A DNA stretch of 64,000 nucleotides from Candidatus Omnitrophota bacterium (GTDB lineage: Bacteria > Omnitrophota > Gorgyraeia > Duberdicusellales > 4484-171): contig JBDRAN010000028.1 in NCBI GenBank assembly GCA_043823745.1, positions 3,116 through 67,115 on the forward strand, read 5' to 3'. Position numbers and translations under genes: made by a program. Position 1 is the first letter of the stretch; the number at the start of each line of letters is the position of its first letter. Positions 39,376-48,389 of this stretch are shown piece after piece. The notes below the pieces were generated by a model, which worked only from the letters and a program-made list of their open reading frames with translations, was not told where the DNA came from and did no database searches.

Positions 39376-39547
39376 GTGACAATGTGCCAAGGCATCAAAG
39401 TGTCAAAGCATCAACGCGTCAGAGTAAATTACTAATTGCTAAATTCTAATGACGAACCATTTCCTTTTAGTAATTCGTGCTTAGTAATTAGTGATTTTTC
39501 TGCTCTACGTTAGACTTGATACCCTGACACTTTTCCATTGATGTTTT
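39376..39547. repeat. Nested hairpin elements: outer 8-bp GTGTCAAA-type arms enclosing a family C element
   Basis: GTGACAAT GTGCCAAG GCATCAAA GTGTCAAA GCATCAAC ... TTGATAC CTGACAC ATTGATG around AATTACT/AGTAATT arms. Confidence 0.65.
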
Positions 39548-39562
39548 TCAACCAATACCTGA

Positions 39563-40552
39563 ATGGTTAATTTCTTCTACTCCATAAGCGGCTATATCTT
39601 TTTTTCCATCTTTCTTGTTTCTGTATTCTGCCTTTTATGTATCACCCTTTTTATAATTCTGAGACAGCGTAAAAAATTACAAAGTCAGTCGTTGCGCCTT
39701 TTAGCGGTGACCGAAGAAGAGCGTTTTACGCTCGAGCGGGCGCGTCATTTTGTTTACCGCCTCGATACGCGGGGGATTGCGCGCTATGTTTCTGCCTCGA
39801 TTGAAAGGATTACCGGCCGCCTGCCACAGGAGTGGCGTGCGCACTACGCTACCTTTCTTACTGATAATATCTGTAATCAGAAAGCGATCGAATATATTGA
39901 GAAGGCGCTGCGCGCCGGCGAGAAGCCCCCGGTTTTTGAGCTGGAGATGTTTCATAAAAACGGCAGGCGTATTTATCTTGAGATGAGCCTGCAGCCGACG
40001 CGTGAAGTCGGGAACGTAACCGGCATTGCGGGTATCGCGCGGGATATCAGCGAGCGCAAAGAAATGGAGAGGGAGCTGGCGAAAGCTCACGAACTTAGCC
40101 TTTCAATCATCAAAGCGCTTCCTTTCGGGATGGATATTGTAGATTATAACGGTAATATCCTGTATGCGAGCGAAAAGTTTATTGCAGCATTTGGGCATGA
40201 TATTATCGGTAAGAAGTGCTGGATTCTTTATCGGGACGATAAAAAGCAGTGCACCAGCTGTCCCCTGATAAAAGGTGTGGCGGTCGGACAGGTCCTGGTT
40301 TCAGAGGTGGGCGGTGTTTTGGACGGAAAAATATTTGAGATAACGCACGTCGGTCTTGTTTTTAACGGGGCACCCGCGGTACTTGAATTTTTTAACGATA
40401 TTACCGAGCACAAGCGTATTCAAGATGATCTTAATACAAAGGTCCAGGCGCTCCAGCGTTTCCAGAGCGTGACGATTGACCGTGAGTTAAAAATGAAAGA
40501 GCTTAAAGCGCGGATTGCCGAGCTTGAGGAGAAACTAGAAAAATATACATAG
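39563..40552 (+). CDS. Membrane-anchored PAS-PAS protein with terminal coiled coil and no output domain
   Basis: N-terminal TM, ARDISERK and FNDITEHK PAC ends, C-terminal IDRELKMKELKARIAELE. Confidence 0.8.
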   Translation: MVNFFYSISGYIFFSIFLVSVFCLLCITLFIILRQRKKLQSQSLRLLAVTEEERFTLERARHFVYRLDTRGIARYVSASIERITGRLPQEWRAHYATFLTDNICNQKAIEYIEKALRAGEKPPVFELEMFHKNGRRIYLEMSLQPTREVGNVTGIAGIARDISERKEMERELAKAHELSLSIIKALPFGMDIVDYNGNILYASEKFIAAFGHDIIGKKCWILYRDDKKQCTSCPLIKGVAVGQVLVSEVGGVLDGKIFEITHVGLVFNGAPAVLEFFNDITEHKRIQDDLNTKVQALQRFQSVTIDRELKMKELKARIAELEEKLEKYT

Positions 40553-40720
40553 CGTAGAGTCCCCTTTGGGGGAGGCTTCGCACCGTATAGCGTAGAGCGT
40601 AGAGGAAGAGAGGGTAAGTGTGAGAGGCGTAGTTTTAGAAATTTTTCTTTATTTTCTACTCTACGCTAAACGCTCCACGCTCTACGCTAAATCGTAGCAA
40701 ACGTTCTACGCTCCACGCTA
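40550..40720 (+). repeat. Family A heptamer hairpin element, empty copy with 24-bp GCAC-ending insert (40560-40583)
   Basis: Starts on the TAG stop of the upstream gene, AGCGTAG arms, inverted CTACGCT arms. Confidence 0.85.
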
Positions 40721-40739
40721 GGATATGGATAACTAAATT

Positions 40740-42818
40740 ATGCTTAACCTAAAATTCGGAATCAGGCAGAAAGTAATCGTGATGATTTTTATTTCTGTTT
40801 TTGCCGCGGTTATCCTGACGGCAGGATTTTATTACTTTCTTGGGTACCGGTTCCAGGAGAAGGTTATGAGCGCGCAGTATTACCGTAGCGCCCAGATTCT
40901 TTCGCAAGCGTTAGGGAAAATGTTTAACGACCAGATGCAGTTTATACGAGTACAGGTGGCTACGTACCCATGGAACGACGACTTGGTTCGGGTCAATGCG
41001 CAGTATCAGGGTCGCGCGCAGGAATCGATTGTTGCCGAGCTTATGGAGAAAGATCAACATTGGATAGCGGATCAAGGCCAGGATGGAATCATCCGGCAAT
41101 ATTTGCAAAATCCCGCAAGCGAAAAGCTTGTGCGCCTGGTAGCTGCCGACCCTAAAATTGCGGAAATCTTTATTACCGATGCGTACGGTGGCCTAGTGGC
41201 TGCCTCGGGAAGAACTTCAGATTTTTATCAGGCGGACGAACAGTGGTGGCAGGACGGCTATGCCGGAGGAGCCGGGCGCGATTGCGTCGGTGACGTCGAG
41301 TATGACGCGTCCGCGAAGACCTTGAGTATTCCGTTTATAACGCCGGTGCGCGATGAAAAGGGGAACGTCTCAGGGGTTTGCAAGGCAGTGCTTAACCTTG
41401 AGGCGTTCCTTGAACCCCTCTCAAGCCTTTCGATCGGAAAAACCGGTCACGCCGCGTTGCTCAACGCAAACGGGCAGATCATTTTTCATCAGGGTATTAC
41501 CCCGTTAAGCCGGTTATTTTCCGACCGGAAAGATTTCAGCGTTTTCCTTGCGGAGCAACAAAAGTTCTCAATAGCGCCCTTGTCTCACGAGCAGAACGAA
41601 CGAAGGTTTTTCGTTAGCGTGCCTTTTATCTCGTCGTTATTCGCGGACAAACAAATGCGGTGGTATGTAGTGATTGAGCAGGCCGCGTCTGAGGTATTTG
41701 CACCGCTTGTTGAGCTGAACATCAAGCTTATGGCTGTTGCCGGGGTTACGCTTATTCTGATGCTGCCTTTGGGGTTTTTATTGGGGGGTGTTTTTTCCCG
41801 GCCTATCCTCGCTCTCCATAAGGCGATCACTAAAATTACCGAAGGTGTATGGGATTATGCGGTTGAGATTAAAAGCGGAGACGAGGTTGAACAATTTGCC
41901 GAAGCGTTTAAGAAAATGATTTTAACGACACGTAATAAACAGCGGGAGCTGATTGCCGCAAAAAATGAGCTTGAAGCGTTGGCAAAAAGCCTTGAAGATA
42001 AGGTCCGGGAGCGTACGGGGGAGCTTGAGCGTGTTAATAAGGCGAGCCTTAATATTCTTGAAGATCTGACCGAAGCGAAAAGAAATTTAAGCAAGTATTC
42101 CAAGGATCTTAAGGAAGCGATCATTGTTAAGTCAGACTTTACGTCTATGGTTTCTCATGAGTTACGCACGCCCCTGACCGCGATCAAAGAAGGTATTTCG
42201 ATCGTGCTTGACGGCACAACCGGGCAGCTCAACAAAGACCAGGAGAACTTTCTTTCGATAGCCAAAAGCAATGTTGACCGCCTCACGCGGCTCATTAACG
42301 ACATTCTTGATTTTCAGAAGCTCGAGGCGGGTAAATTAGAGTTTACGATGAAGGTGTATGACATAACCGAAGTTCTTTGGGAAGTTCAGAATACGATGGA
42401 ATCGGCGATTAAGGCGAAAAAGCTTACCTTTGCCTCTGAATTCCCCGGGAATCTGCCTGAATTGACCTTCGATCGCGATAGAATCATTCAGGTGATCATG
42501 AACCTTATTACCAACGCATGTAAGTTTACCGAACGCGGCGGCATTATCTTGCGCGCAGAACTGTTGGGTGAGTATGTTCGGGTATGCGTCGAGGATACCG
42601 GTTGTGGTGTTTCCGAGGGGGATATCCCTAAGCTTTTTCAGAAATTTACTCAACTGGAGACCGGTGTCAGCAGAAAAGTCGGCGGCACCGGGCTTGGCCT
42701 TGCGATCTCAAAACAAATTATCGACGCGCACGGCGGAAAAATTTGGCTTGAATCGGTAGCCGGCAAAGGCTCGAAGTTTTATTTTACCTTACCGATTAAG
42801 AAAGCGGATAGCGTATAG
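40740..42818 (+). CDS. Membrane sensor histidine kinase (dCache-HAMP-HisKA-HATPase)
   Basis: Two TMs around TSDFYQADEQWWQ Cache domain, GDEVEQFA HAMP, VSHELRTP, GGTGLGLAIS. Confidence 0.93.
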   Translation: MLNLKFGIRQKVIVMIFISVFAAVILTAGFYYFLGYRFQEKVMSAQYYRSAQILSQALGKMFNDQMQFIRVQVATYPWNDDLVRVNAQYQGRAQESIVAELMEKDQHWIADQGQDGIIRQYLQNPASEKLVRLVAADPKIAEIFITDAYGGLVAASGRTSDFYQADEQWWQDGYAGGAGRDCVGDVEYDASAKTLSIPFITPVRDEKGNVSGVCKAVLNLEAFLEPLSSLSIGKTGHAALLNANGQIIFHQGITPLSRLFSDRKDFSVFLAEQQKFSIAPLSHEQNERRFFVSVPFISSLFADKQMRWYVVIEQAASEVFAPLVELNIKLMAVAGVTLILMLPLGFLLGGVFSRPILALHKAITKITEGVWDYAVEIKSGDEVEQFAEAFKKMILTTRNKQRELIAAKNELEALAKSLEDKVRERTGELERVNKASLNILEDLTEAKRNLSKYSKDLKEAIIVKSDFTSMVSHELRTPLTAIKEGISIVLDGTTGQLNKDQENFLSIAKSNVDRLTRLINDILDFQKLEAGKLEFTMKVYDITEVLWEVQNTMESAIKAKKLTFASEFPGNLPELTFDRDRIIQVIMNLITNACKFTERGGIILRAELLGEYVRVCVEDTGCGVSEGDIPKLFQKFTQLETGVSRKVGGTGLGLAISKQIIDAHGGKIWLESVAGKGSKFYFTLPIKKADSV

Positions 42819-42837
42819 CGATTAGCGGATAGCAGGA

Positions 42838-42924
42838 AGTATTGGGTATAGAGTACAGAGTATTGAGTAGAGAATGAAAAATAAGGATTTATAAACTCAA
42901 TACCCAATACTCGTACACAATACG
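42838..42924 (+). repeat. Family B heptamer hairpin element, copy 4 (preceded by a family A arm at 42803-42833)
   Basis: AGTATTGGGTATAGAGTACAGAGTATTG...AAACTCAATACCCAATACTC. Confidence 0.8.
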
Positions 42925-42985
42925 AACGCAAAAAACATCGTGATAATTGAGAGAAAGAGTGTATAATAACTCAATATTACAAGAA

Positions 42986-43101
42986 AGCGTTTAGCGGTTA
43001 GTCCCCTTTGGGGGAGGCTTCGCACCGTATAGCGAGAGAAAAAAGGAGTATAGAATTTCACATTCTTTATTTTCCGCCTCTATGCTACCCACTCTACGCT
43101 A
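42986..43101 (+). repeat. Family A heptamer hairpin element, empty copy with the same 24-bp insert (43002-43025)
   Basis: Spacer closely matches 37180-37231 downstream of the four-helix-bundle gene. Confidence 0.8.
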
Positions 43102-43122
43102 GATCCCGGATGATGATAGTAA

Positions 43123-43539
43123 ATGCTTAACAATATGCCAAAATTAACTATATTGCTGGCTGATGATGAAAAAGATTTCCTGACTATGTTGGCTATGCGC
43201 CTTAAGGCGTGGGGGTATGAGGTCATCGTAGCGGAGGAAGGAGCAGAGGCAGTTAGGTTGGTACGCGATAAAAAACCCGATGTCGTTATCATTGACTATA
43301 TGATGCCTGAAATGGACGGTGTTGCGGCCTTGCGGGAGATTCGAAAAACCAATGCGGATGTGCCCGTTATTATGCTTACCGCGTATCCCGATAAACATTC
43401 TATCAAGGGGGCTGAAACGTTGGATGTTCTCGCGTATATACCTAAAGTGAGCGCTCATTCCGACACACAAGCGCTCCTGCGATCAGCGCTGCGTATGGCA
43501 GAGAGGGCGATCGGCAAAGGGAAAGCGGATAGCGTTTAG
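43123..43539 (+). CDS. Stand-alone response regulator receiver
   Basis: ILLADDE, IIDYMMPEMDG. Confidence 0.9.
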   Translation: MLNNMPKLTILLADDEKDFLTMLAMRLKAWGYEVIVAEEGAEAVRLVRDKKPDVVIIDYMMPEMDGVAALREIRKTNADVPVIMLTAYPDKHSIKGAETLDVLAYIPKVSAHSDTQALLRSALRMAERAIGKGKADSV

Positions 43540-43632
43540 CGGATAGCGCAGAGCGTAGAGGAAACGGAGAGTTTAGAAAATACTGTTCTTTTTATTCTCC
43601 ACTCTACGCTAAACGCTCCACGCTCTACGCTA
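43524..43632 (+). repeat. Family A heptamer hairpin element, empty copy overlapping the gene 3' end
   Basis: AGCGGAT AGCGTTT AGCGGAT AGCGCAG AGCGTAG ... CTACGCT AAACGCT CCACGCT CTACGCT. Confidence 0.85.
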
Positions 43633-43650
43633 GAATTAACATTGAGGAAA

Positions 43651-44967
43651 ATGGACGAAACAATCAGCCCCGCACAATTAGGTTCTATCAGAAGCGAAGA
43701 GGTAAGAAGGTTGTTTGAAGACATCGGCGGCCGCACCAAGCCGGTTCTGCAAAAACATGTTCTTGATCTATTGTCCGCCTATGGTGCTGGCAAAGAAGTG
43801 GCGGCTACGTTTGAGTTTAAGCGCTGCCTTGATATCCTTGTTGAAAAAATAGCGAATCTTCTTTCTGTTGAGATCGTTTCCCTGATGCTTAAGGAAAAAG
43901 GGACTGATGAGCTGGTGATGGAGATTTCCCGCGGTATAGAAAATGACGCGGCAAAAAGCGCCAAAGTAAAGATTGGCGATGGCATTGCCGGCTGGATCGC
44001 CTCAAGCGGCGAAGCGCTGCTGGTTGAGGATATAACGAAAGATGAGCGTTTCAGTTCTTGCGGCGGAAAGTATTATACTAATTCGTTATTGAGCGTGCCG
44101 CTTACCGTGAACAACGAAGTTATCGGTGTTATCAACGTTAACAATAAAACCTCAAAAACGGTTTTCTCAAGCGACGACCTCGACATATTAAGGATCGTCG
44201 CTGATCTTGCCGCGGTGGCTATTGAGAACGCTCGTTTTCGCAGGGATGCGGCCGCGCGCGAGCAGTTTAAATCAGATTTTATTTCCAACGTCTCGCATGA
44301 GCTGCGTACCCCGCTTACGGCTATCAAGGAAGCGGTGGGCATGACGTTAGACGGTATTACCGGAGAGGTGAACGATGACCAGAAGCGTTTCTTGCGCATG
44401 GCGCAGCAGAATATTGATCGTCTAAGCCGCCTGATCAGCGAGATGCTTGCGCTTGCCGCGTGTGAGTCAAGGCACACGGTACGCCGGCAGCTCTTTGACG
44501 TTGTCGAAGTCGTCAAGGATGCCGCTTTGTTTCTAAAGCCGCTGGCAAAAGAGCGAATGATTACATTCCTGGAGATGCTTCCCTCCAGTGTCATCGGAGT
44601 TTGGGCTGACCGGGATAAGATCAGCCAGGTTTTTATTAATCTTATCGGCAATGCGATCAAATATAATCGTGAACACGGACGGGTGGAGGTAGCGGTCGAG
44701 GACTCCGGCGATTTTGTTAAGATTGTAGTCTCCGATAACGGCATCGGTATCCCGGCGCAGGATCTGGAGCGTATTTTTGAGCGTTTTTACCGGGTTCAGC
44801 AGCGTGCCGAGCATAAGAACCGGGAAGGTTCCGGATTGGGCCTTGCCATTACCAAAGAAATTATCGACGCTTCAGGCGGAGAGATTTTTGTCAGCTCCCA
44901 GGTCGGGCGCGGCAGCGCGTTCACGGTAGCATTACCTAAAGATATGAGGAAGAGCGGCCATGGATAA
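43651..44967 (+). CDS. GAF-domain sensor histidine kinase
   Basis: GDGIAGWIA...SLLSVPL GAF, VSHELRTP, NLIGNAIKY, GSGLGL. Confidence 0.92.
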   Translation: MDETISPAQLGSIRSEEVRRLFEDIGGRTKPVLQKHVLDLLSAYGAGKEVAATFEFKRCLDILVEKIANLLSVEIVSLMLKEKGTDELVMEISRGIENDAAKSAKVKIGDGIAGWIASSGEALLVEDITKDERFSSCGGKYYTNSLLSVPLTVNNEVIGVINVNNKTSKTVFSSDDLDILRIVADLAAVAIENARFRRDAAAREQFKSDFISNVSHELRTPLTAIKEAVGMTLDGITGEVNDDQKRFLRMAQQNIDRLSRLISEMLALAACESRHTVRRQLFDVVEVVKDAALFLKPLAKERMITFLEMLPSSVIGVWADRDKISQVFINLIGNAIKYNREHGRVEVAVEDSGDFVKIVVSDNGIGIPAQDLERIFERFYRVQQRAEHKNREGSGLGLAITKEIIDASGGEIFVSSQVGRGSAFTVALPKDMRKSGHG

Positions 44968-45334
44968 AAAAAGAATTTTGCTGGTTGATGATGAAAAAGA
45001 CCTTTCGGATACCGTACGCTTTCGTCTCCAGCATGCCGGTTACGATGTTTTGTGCGCGTATGACGGCTTAGAGGCAATTGAGTGCGCGCGTAAAGAAAAA
45101 CCCGACCTTATTATTCTTGATTTAATGCTGCCTAAGCTCGACGGCTATAAAGTGTGCCGCATGCTTAAGTTTGACGAGCAGTATAAAAAAATTCCGATAA
45201 TCCTTTTTAGCGCCAAAGCGCAAGAATCCGATAAGCAGCTGGGTAAGGAGGTAGGCGCCGATTCCTATATTACAAAACCATTTGAGCCCAGCGTACTTCT
45301 TGATAAGATTAAAGAACTGCTCGCATTACAATAG
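44960..45334 (+). CDS. Stand-alone response regulator receiver
   Basis: ILLVDDE, LDLMLPKLDG, YITKPF. Confidence 0.92.
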   Translation: MDKKRILLVDDEKDLSDTVRFRLQHAGYDVLCAYDGLEAIECARKEKPDLIILDLMLPKLDGYKVCRMLKFDEQYKKIPIILFSAKAQESDKQLGKEVGADSYITKPFEPSVLLDKIKELLALQ

Positions 45335-45508
45335 GTGCCCGTCCGCGCGTGGCTATTGCAGCGTCTGTATAGAACGTTTTCCTCTGTTTTTGGTTTTGGT
45401 ACTATACCGTACGTATTACGGTTTTTGTCCGTATAACGGCAGCCTTTCGTCTGGTGTGCCGTATGATGTTCGTTCCCGGTGATGCCGGCGGCAGGAATCT
45501 GTGGAGGA

Positions 45509-47167
45509 ATGATGTGGCAGAAAGTCGATATTATTCAGTTATTGCTGAAACAGGGGATTATCAGCGCTGAGCAGCTTGCCAAAGCAAACGATGAAGTAAA
45601 GCGTACGGGCCTCTCGCTTGAGCGGGCACTGGAGAAGCTCGGGTTTATAAAAGAAGAAGATCTCACGAAAACAAAAGCTAATGCCCTGGGCCTTCCGTAT
45701 ATCAATTTAGAGAATTATATCGTGGATGCTGAGCTTATGAAGGTTATCCCCGAACCGGTCGCGCGCAAATACAATGCGGTCCCGCTCTTTAAGATCGGCG
45801 ATACGCTTACGGTCGGCATGATTAATCCGCAGGATATCGTAGCGCGGGATACGCTGCGCGCGCTCGCGAAGATCGAAACGATCGAGGCGGTGCTTGTATC
45901 CGAGCGGGGAATGCATACCGTTTTTGATTCTTATTATGGAGTTGTCGGTTCGATCGACGAGATCGTAAAGCTTATCGATAACGAAAAAAATCTGGGTGCC
46001 GGCGAGACGGCCGAGGCGCCCATCATTAAACTTGTTAACATGATGGTGCTGCAGGCGGTGAAGGAACGGGCTTCGGATATTCATGTAGAACCCGAAGAAG
46101 CAAGCGTGCGGATACGGTACCGTGTTGACGGCCTTCTGCATGAGATAAGCCTCCTGCCCAAGAAACTTCAAAATTCGGTTATTTCGCGCATTAAGATACT
46201 TTCGAATATGGATATCGCCGAGAGCAGAAAGCCGCAAGACGGGAGGATCCGTTTAGTCATGGAAGGGAAAGATCTCGACATACGAGTTTCTACGTTCCCG
46301 GTGGTTCATGGCGAGAACGTGGTTATGCGTCTGCTTAATAAATCGTCGGTTGTGTTGGGTCTTGAGCAGGTAGGATTCCTTGAGCGCGATGGCGCGGCTT
46401 TCGCTAAAATCATCCGCAGGCCTAACGGTATCGTGCTGATCGCAGGGCCGACCGGAAGCGGTAAAACGACTACGTTATACGCCGCATTGACGACGATCAG
46501 CACCATGGAAAAAAATATCATTACCATAGAGGATCCGGTAGAGTATGAATTACCGCTCATCCGGCAGACACAGGTTAACGTAAAGGCGGGGTTAACGTTT
46601 GCCAACGGCTTACGTAGTATCCTGCGCCAAGACCCCGATATTATTATGGTAGGAGAAATTCGCGATAAAGAAACCGCTGAGATCGCGATACAGGCCGCGT
46701 TGACCGGCCATTTGGTTTTCTCAACATTGCATACCAATGACGCTCCCAGCGCCGTAACGCGCTTGATCGATATGGGAGTCGAGCCATTTCTTATTTCAAG
46801 CTCTCTGGTCGGAATCCTGGCGCAGCGGTTGGTTCGCGTTGTGTGCCCGAAGTGTAAAGAAAAGCGCGTTGTGGCGGATGATGCGCTGCGGTCTTTAGGG
46901 ATCGCGCGCGATACGGAGCTCTATTACGGTAAAGGGTGTAGTTTTTGTAAGAATACCGGTTTTTTGGGGCGGACCGGCATTTTTGAACTATGTATTATCA
47001 CCGAAGAGGTCAAAAAATTAATCGACAGGAAAGCTTCGGCTGACGAGATAAAGGGAAAAGCTATGGAGCAGGGAATGCAAACGTTATGTGTTGACGGCGC
47101 CGTTAAGATAACGCGGGGCATCACAACGCCGGAAGAAGTCCTGCAGGTTGTTGAGACAAGCGGATGA
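45509..47167 (+). CDS. GspE/PilB/MshE family pilus assembly ATPase
   Basis: ASDIHVEP, GPTGSGKTT, TIEDPVE, LRQDPD, GEIRD, TLHTND, CPKC...CSFC. Start at 45509 or 45512. Confidence 0.95.
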   Translation: MMWQKVDIIQLLLKQGIISAEQLAKANDEVKRTGLSLERALEKLGFIKEEDLTKTKANALGLPYINLENYIVDAELMKVIPEPVARKYNAVPLFKIGDTLTVGMINPQDIVARDTLRALAKIETIEAVLVSERGMHTVFDSYYGVVGSIDEIVKLIDNEKNLGAGETAEAPIIKLVNMMVLQAVKERASDIHVEPEEASVRIRYRVDGLLHEISLLPKKLQNSVISRIKILSNMDIAESRKPQDGRIRLVMEGKDLDIRVSTFPVVHGENVVMRLLNKSSVVLGLEQVGFLERDGAAFAKIIRRPNGIVLIAGPTGSGKTTTLYAALTTISTMEKNIITIEDPVEYELPLIRQTQVNVKAGLTFANGLRSILRQDPDIIMVGEIRDKETAEIAIQAALTGHLVFSTLHTNDAPSAVTRLIDMGVEPFLISSSLVGILAQRLVRVVCPKCKEKRVVADDALRSLGIARDTELYYGKGCSFCKNTGFLGRTGIFELCIITEEVKKLIDRKASADEIKGKAMEQGMQTLCVDGAVKITRGITTPEEVLQVVETSG

Positions 47168-47171
47168 CGGT

Positions 47172-48386
47172 ATGATTTCATTTCATTATCGTGCGCGGGA
47201 TAAATTTGGGAAGGTTGCGCGGGGAGTTATTACCGCTTCCTCGGAAGAGGACGTCGTAACGCAACTGAAGCAGGCCGGATATACCCCTGTCATTATCCTA
47301 AAAATCAAGCCGGCGGGCAGTTTCCAGAAGTTCATCAAAAGGTTCTCCGGAGTGCGTTTCGTTGATCTCAACATTTTTACGCGTCAGCTTTTTACGTTGC
47401 AGCGCGCGGGCATACCTCTTTTAAGCGCACTTCTTGCGCTCCAGGAACAGGCGACGAACGTGGTCTTAAAAGACGTTATCAGCCGCGTGGTCAAGGATAT
47501 TGAGGCTGGTACGAGTTTGTCGGGAGCCTTTGCGGCTCACCCTAAGGTTTTTAGCATTTTGTATATCAATATGATTAAAGCAGGTGAGGCCTCCGGAAGG
47601 CTCGAGGAGATATTGGAGCGCCTGGCTTTTTTAGGCGAACACGAAGAGAAAGTTCGCCAGCGTATAAGAGCGGCCATACGATACCCGATTATGGTCGTTG
47701 TCGCTATTTGCATCGCGTTTCTGACCCTTATTACCTTTGTCATTCCGCGATTCGCCAGTATTTATAGTCAATTTACCGTCGAGCTTCCGCTTCCGACCCG
47801 TATCCTTTTATTGATCAATCATATTGTCGTCTATTACTGGTGGCTGGTAGTATCGTGTGGAATCGCGGTTATTGTGTTTTTTTGGAGATTTTTCAAAACC
47901 AAAAAAGGGCGTTTGTGGCGGGATGATCTTATTCTCAAAATTCCTATCTTCGGCCCGCTTTTGCTTAAAATTATTCTTTCTCGTTTTGCGCGTATTACCG
48001 GGATCCTGTTACGCAGCGGCGTCAGACTTCTTGAAATTCTTGAGCTTACGCAGGAGGGCGTAGGCAATGTAGTCGTCGCGCGGGTTATTGACAATGTTCA
48101 TGATAGCGTTAACGCGGGGCGCGGGATGTCAGAGCCGATCCGGATCAGCGGAATGTTTCCCGCCGTCGTTGTCCAGATGATTACCGTTGGCGAAAATAGC
48201 GGTAAGCTCGACGAACTCTTATTATATATTTCCGACTACTATGATTCCGAGGTCGATTATATCATTGATAATCTTGTTTCATTGATCGAACCGATACTGG
48301 TTATTTTTTTAGGGTGCGCCGTGCTCTTTATGGCGCTGGGCATATTCTTGCCGATGTGGAATCTGATGAGCTTGTTTAAGCAGTAG
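47172..48386 (+). CDS. GspF/PilC/MshG inner membrane platform protein
   Basis: FTRQL, AGEASGRL, YP, GENSGKLD, LIEP, LPMW. Confidence 0.93.
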   Translation: MISFHYRARDKFGKVARGVITASSEEDVVTQLKQAGYTPVIILKIKPAGSFQKFIKRFSGVRFVDLNIFTRQLFTLQRAGIPLLSALLALQEQATNVVLKDVISRVVKDIEAGTSLSGAFAAHPKVFSILYINMIKAGEASGRLEEILERLAFLGEHEEKVRQRIRAAIRYPIMVVVAICIAFLTLITFVIPRFASIYSQFTVELPLPTRILLLINHIVVYYWWLVVSCGIAVIVFFWRFFKTKKGRLWRDDLILKIPIFGPLLLKIILSRFARITGILLRSGVRLLEILELTQEGVGNVVVARVIDNVHDSVNAGRGMSEPIRISGMFPAVVVQMITVGENSGKLDELLLYISDYYDSEVDYIIDNLVSLIEPILVIFLGCAVLFMALGIFLPMWNLMSLFKQ

Positions 48387-48389
48387 CGT

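Noticed and set aside
44073-44744. Long antisense ORFs (also 18359-18973, 54672-55256, 9126-9671, 13768-14301 and others)
   Set aside because: They are shadows of well-supported sense genes with no motifs of their own.
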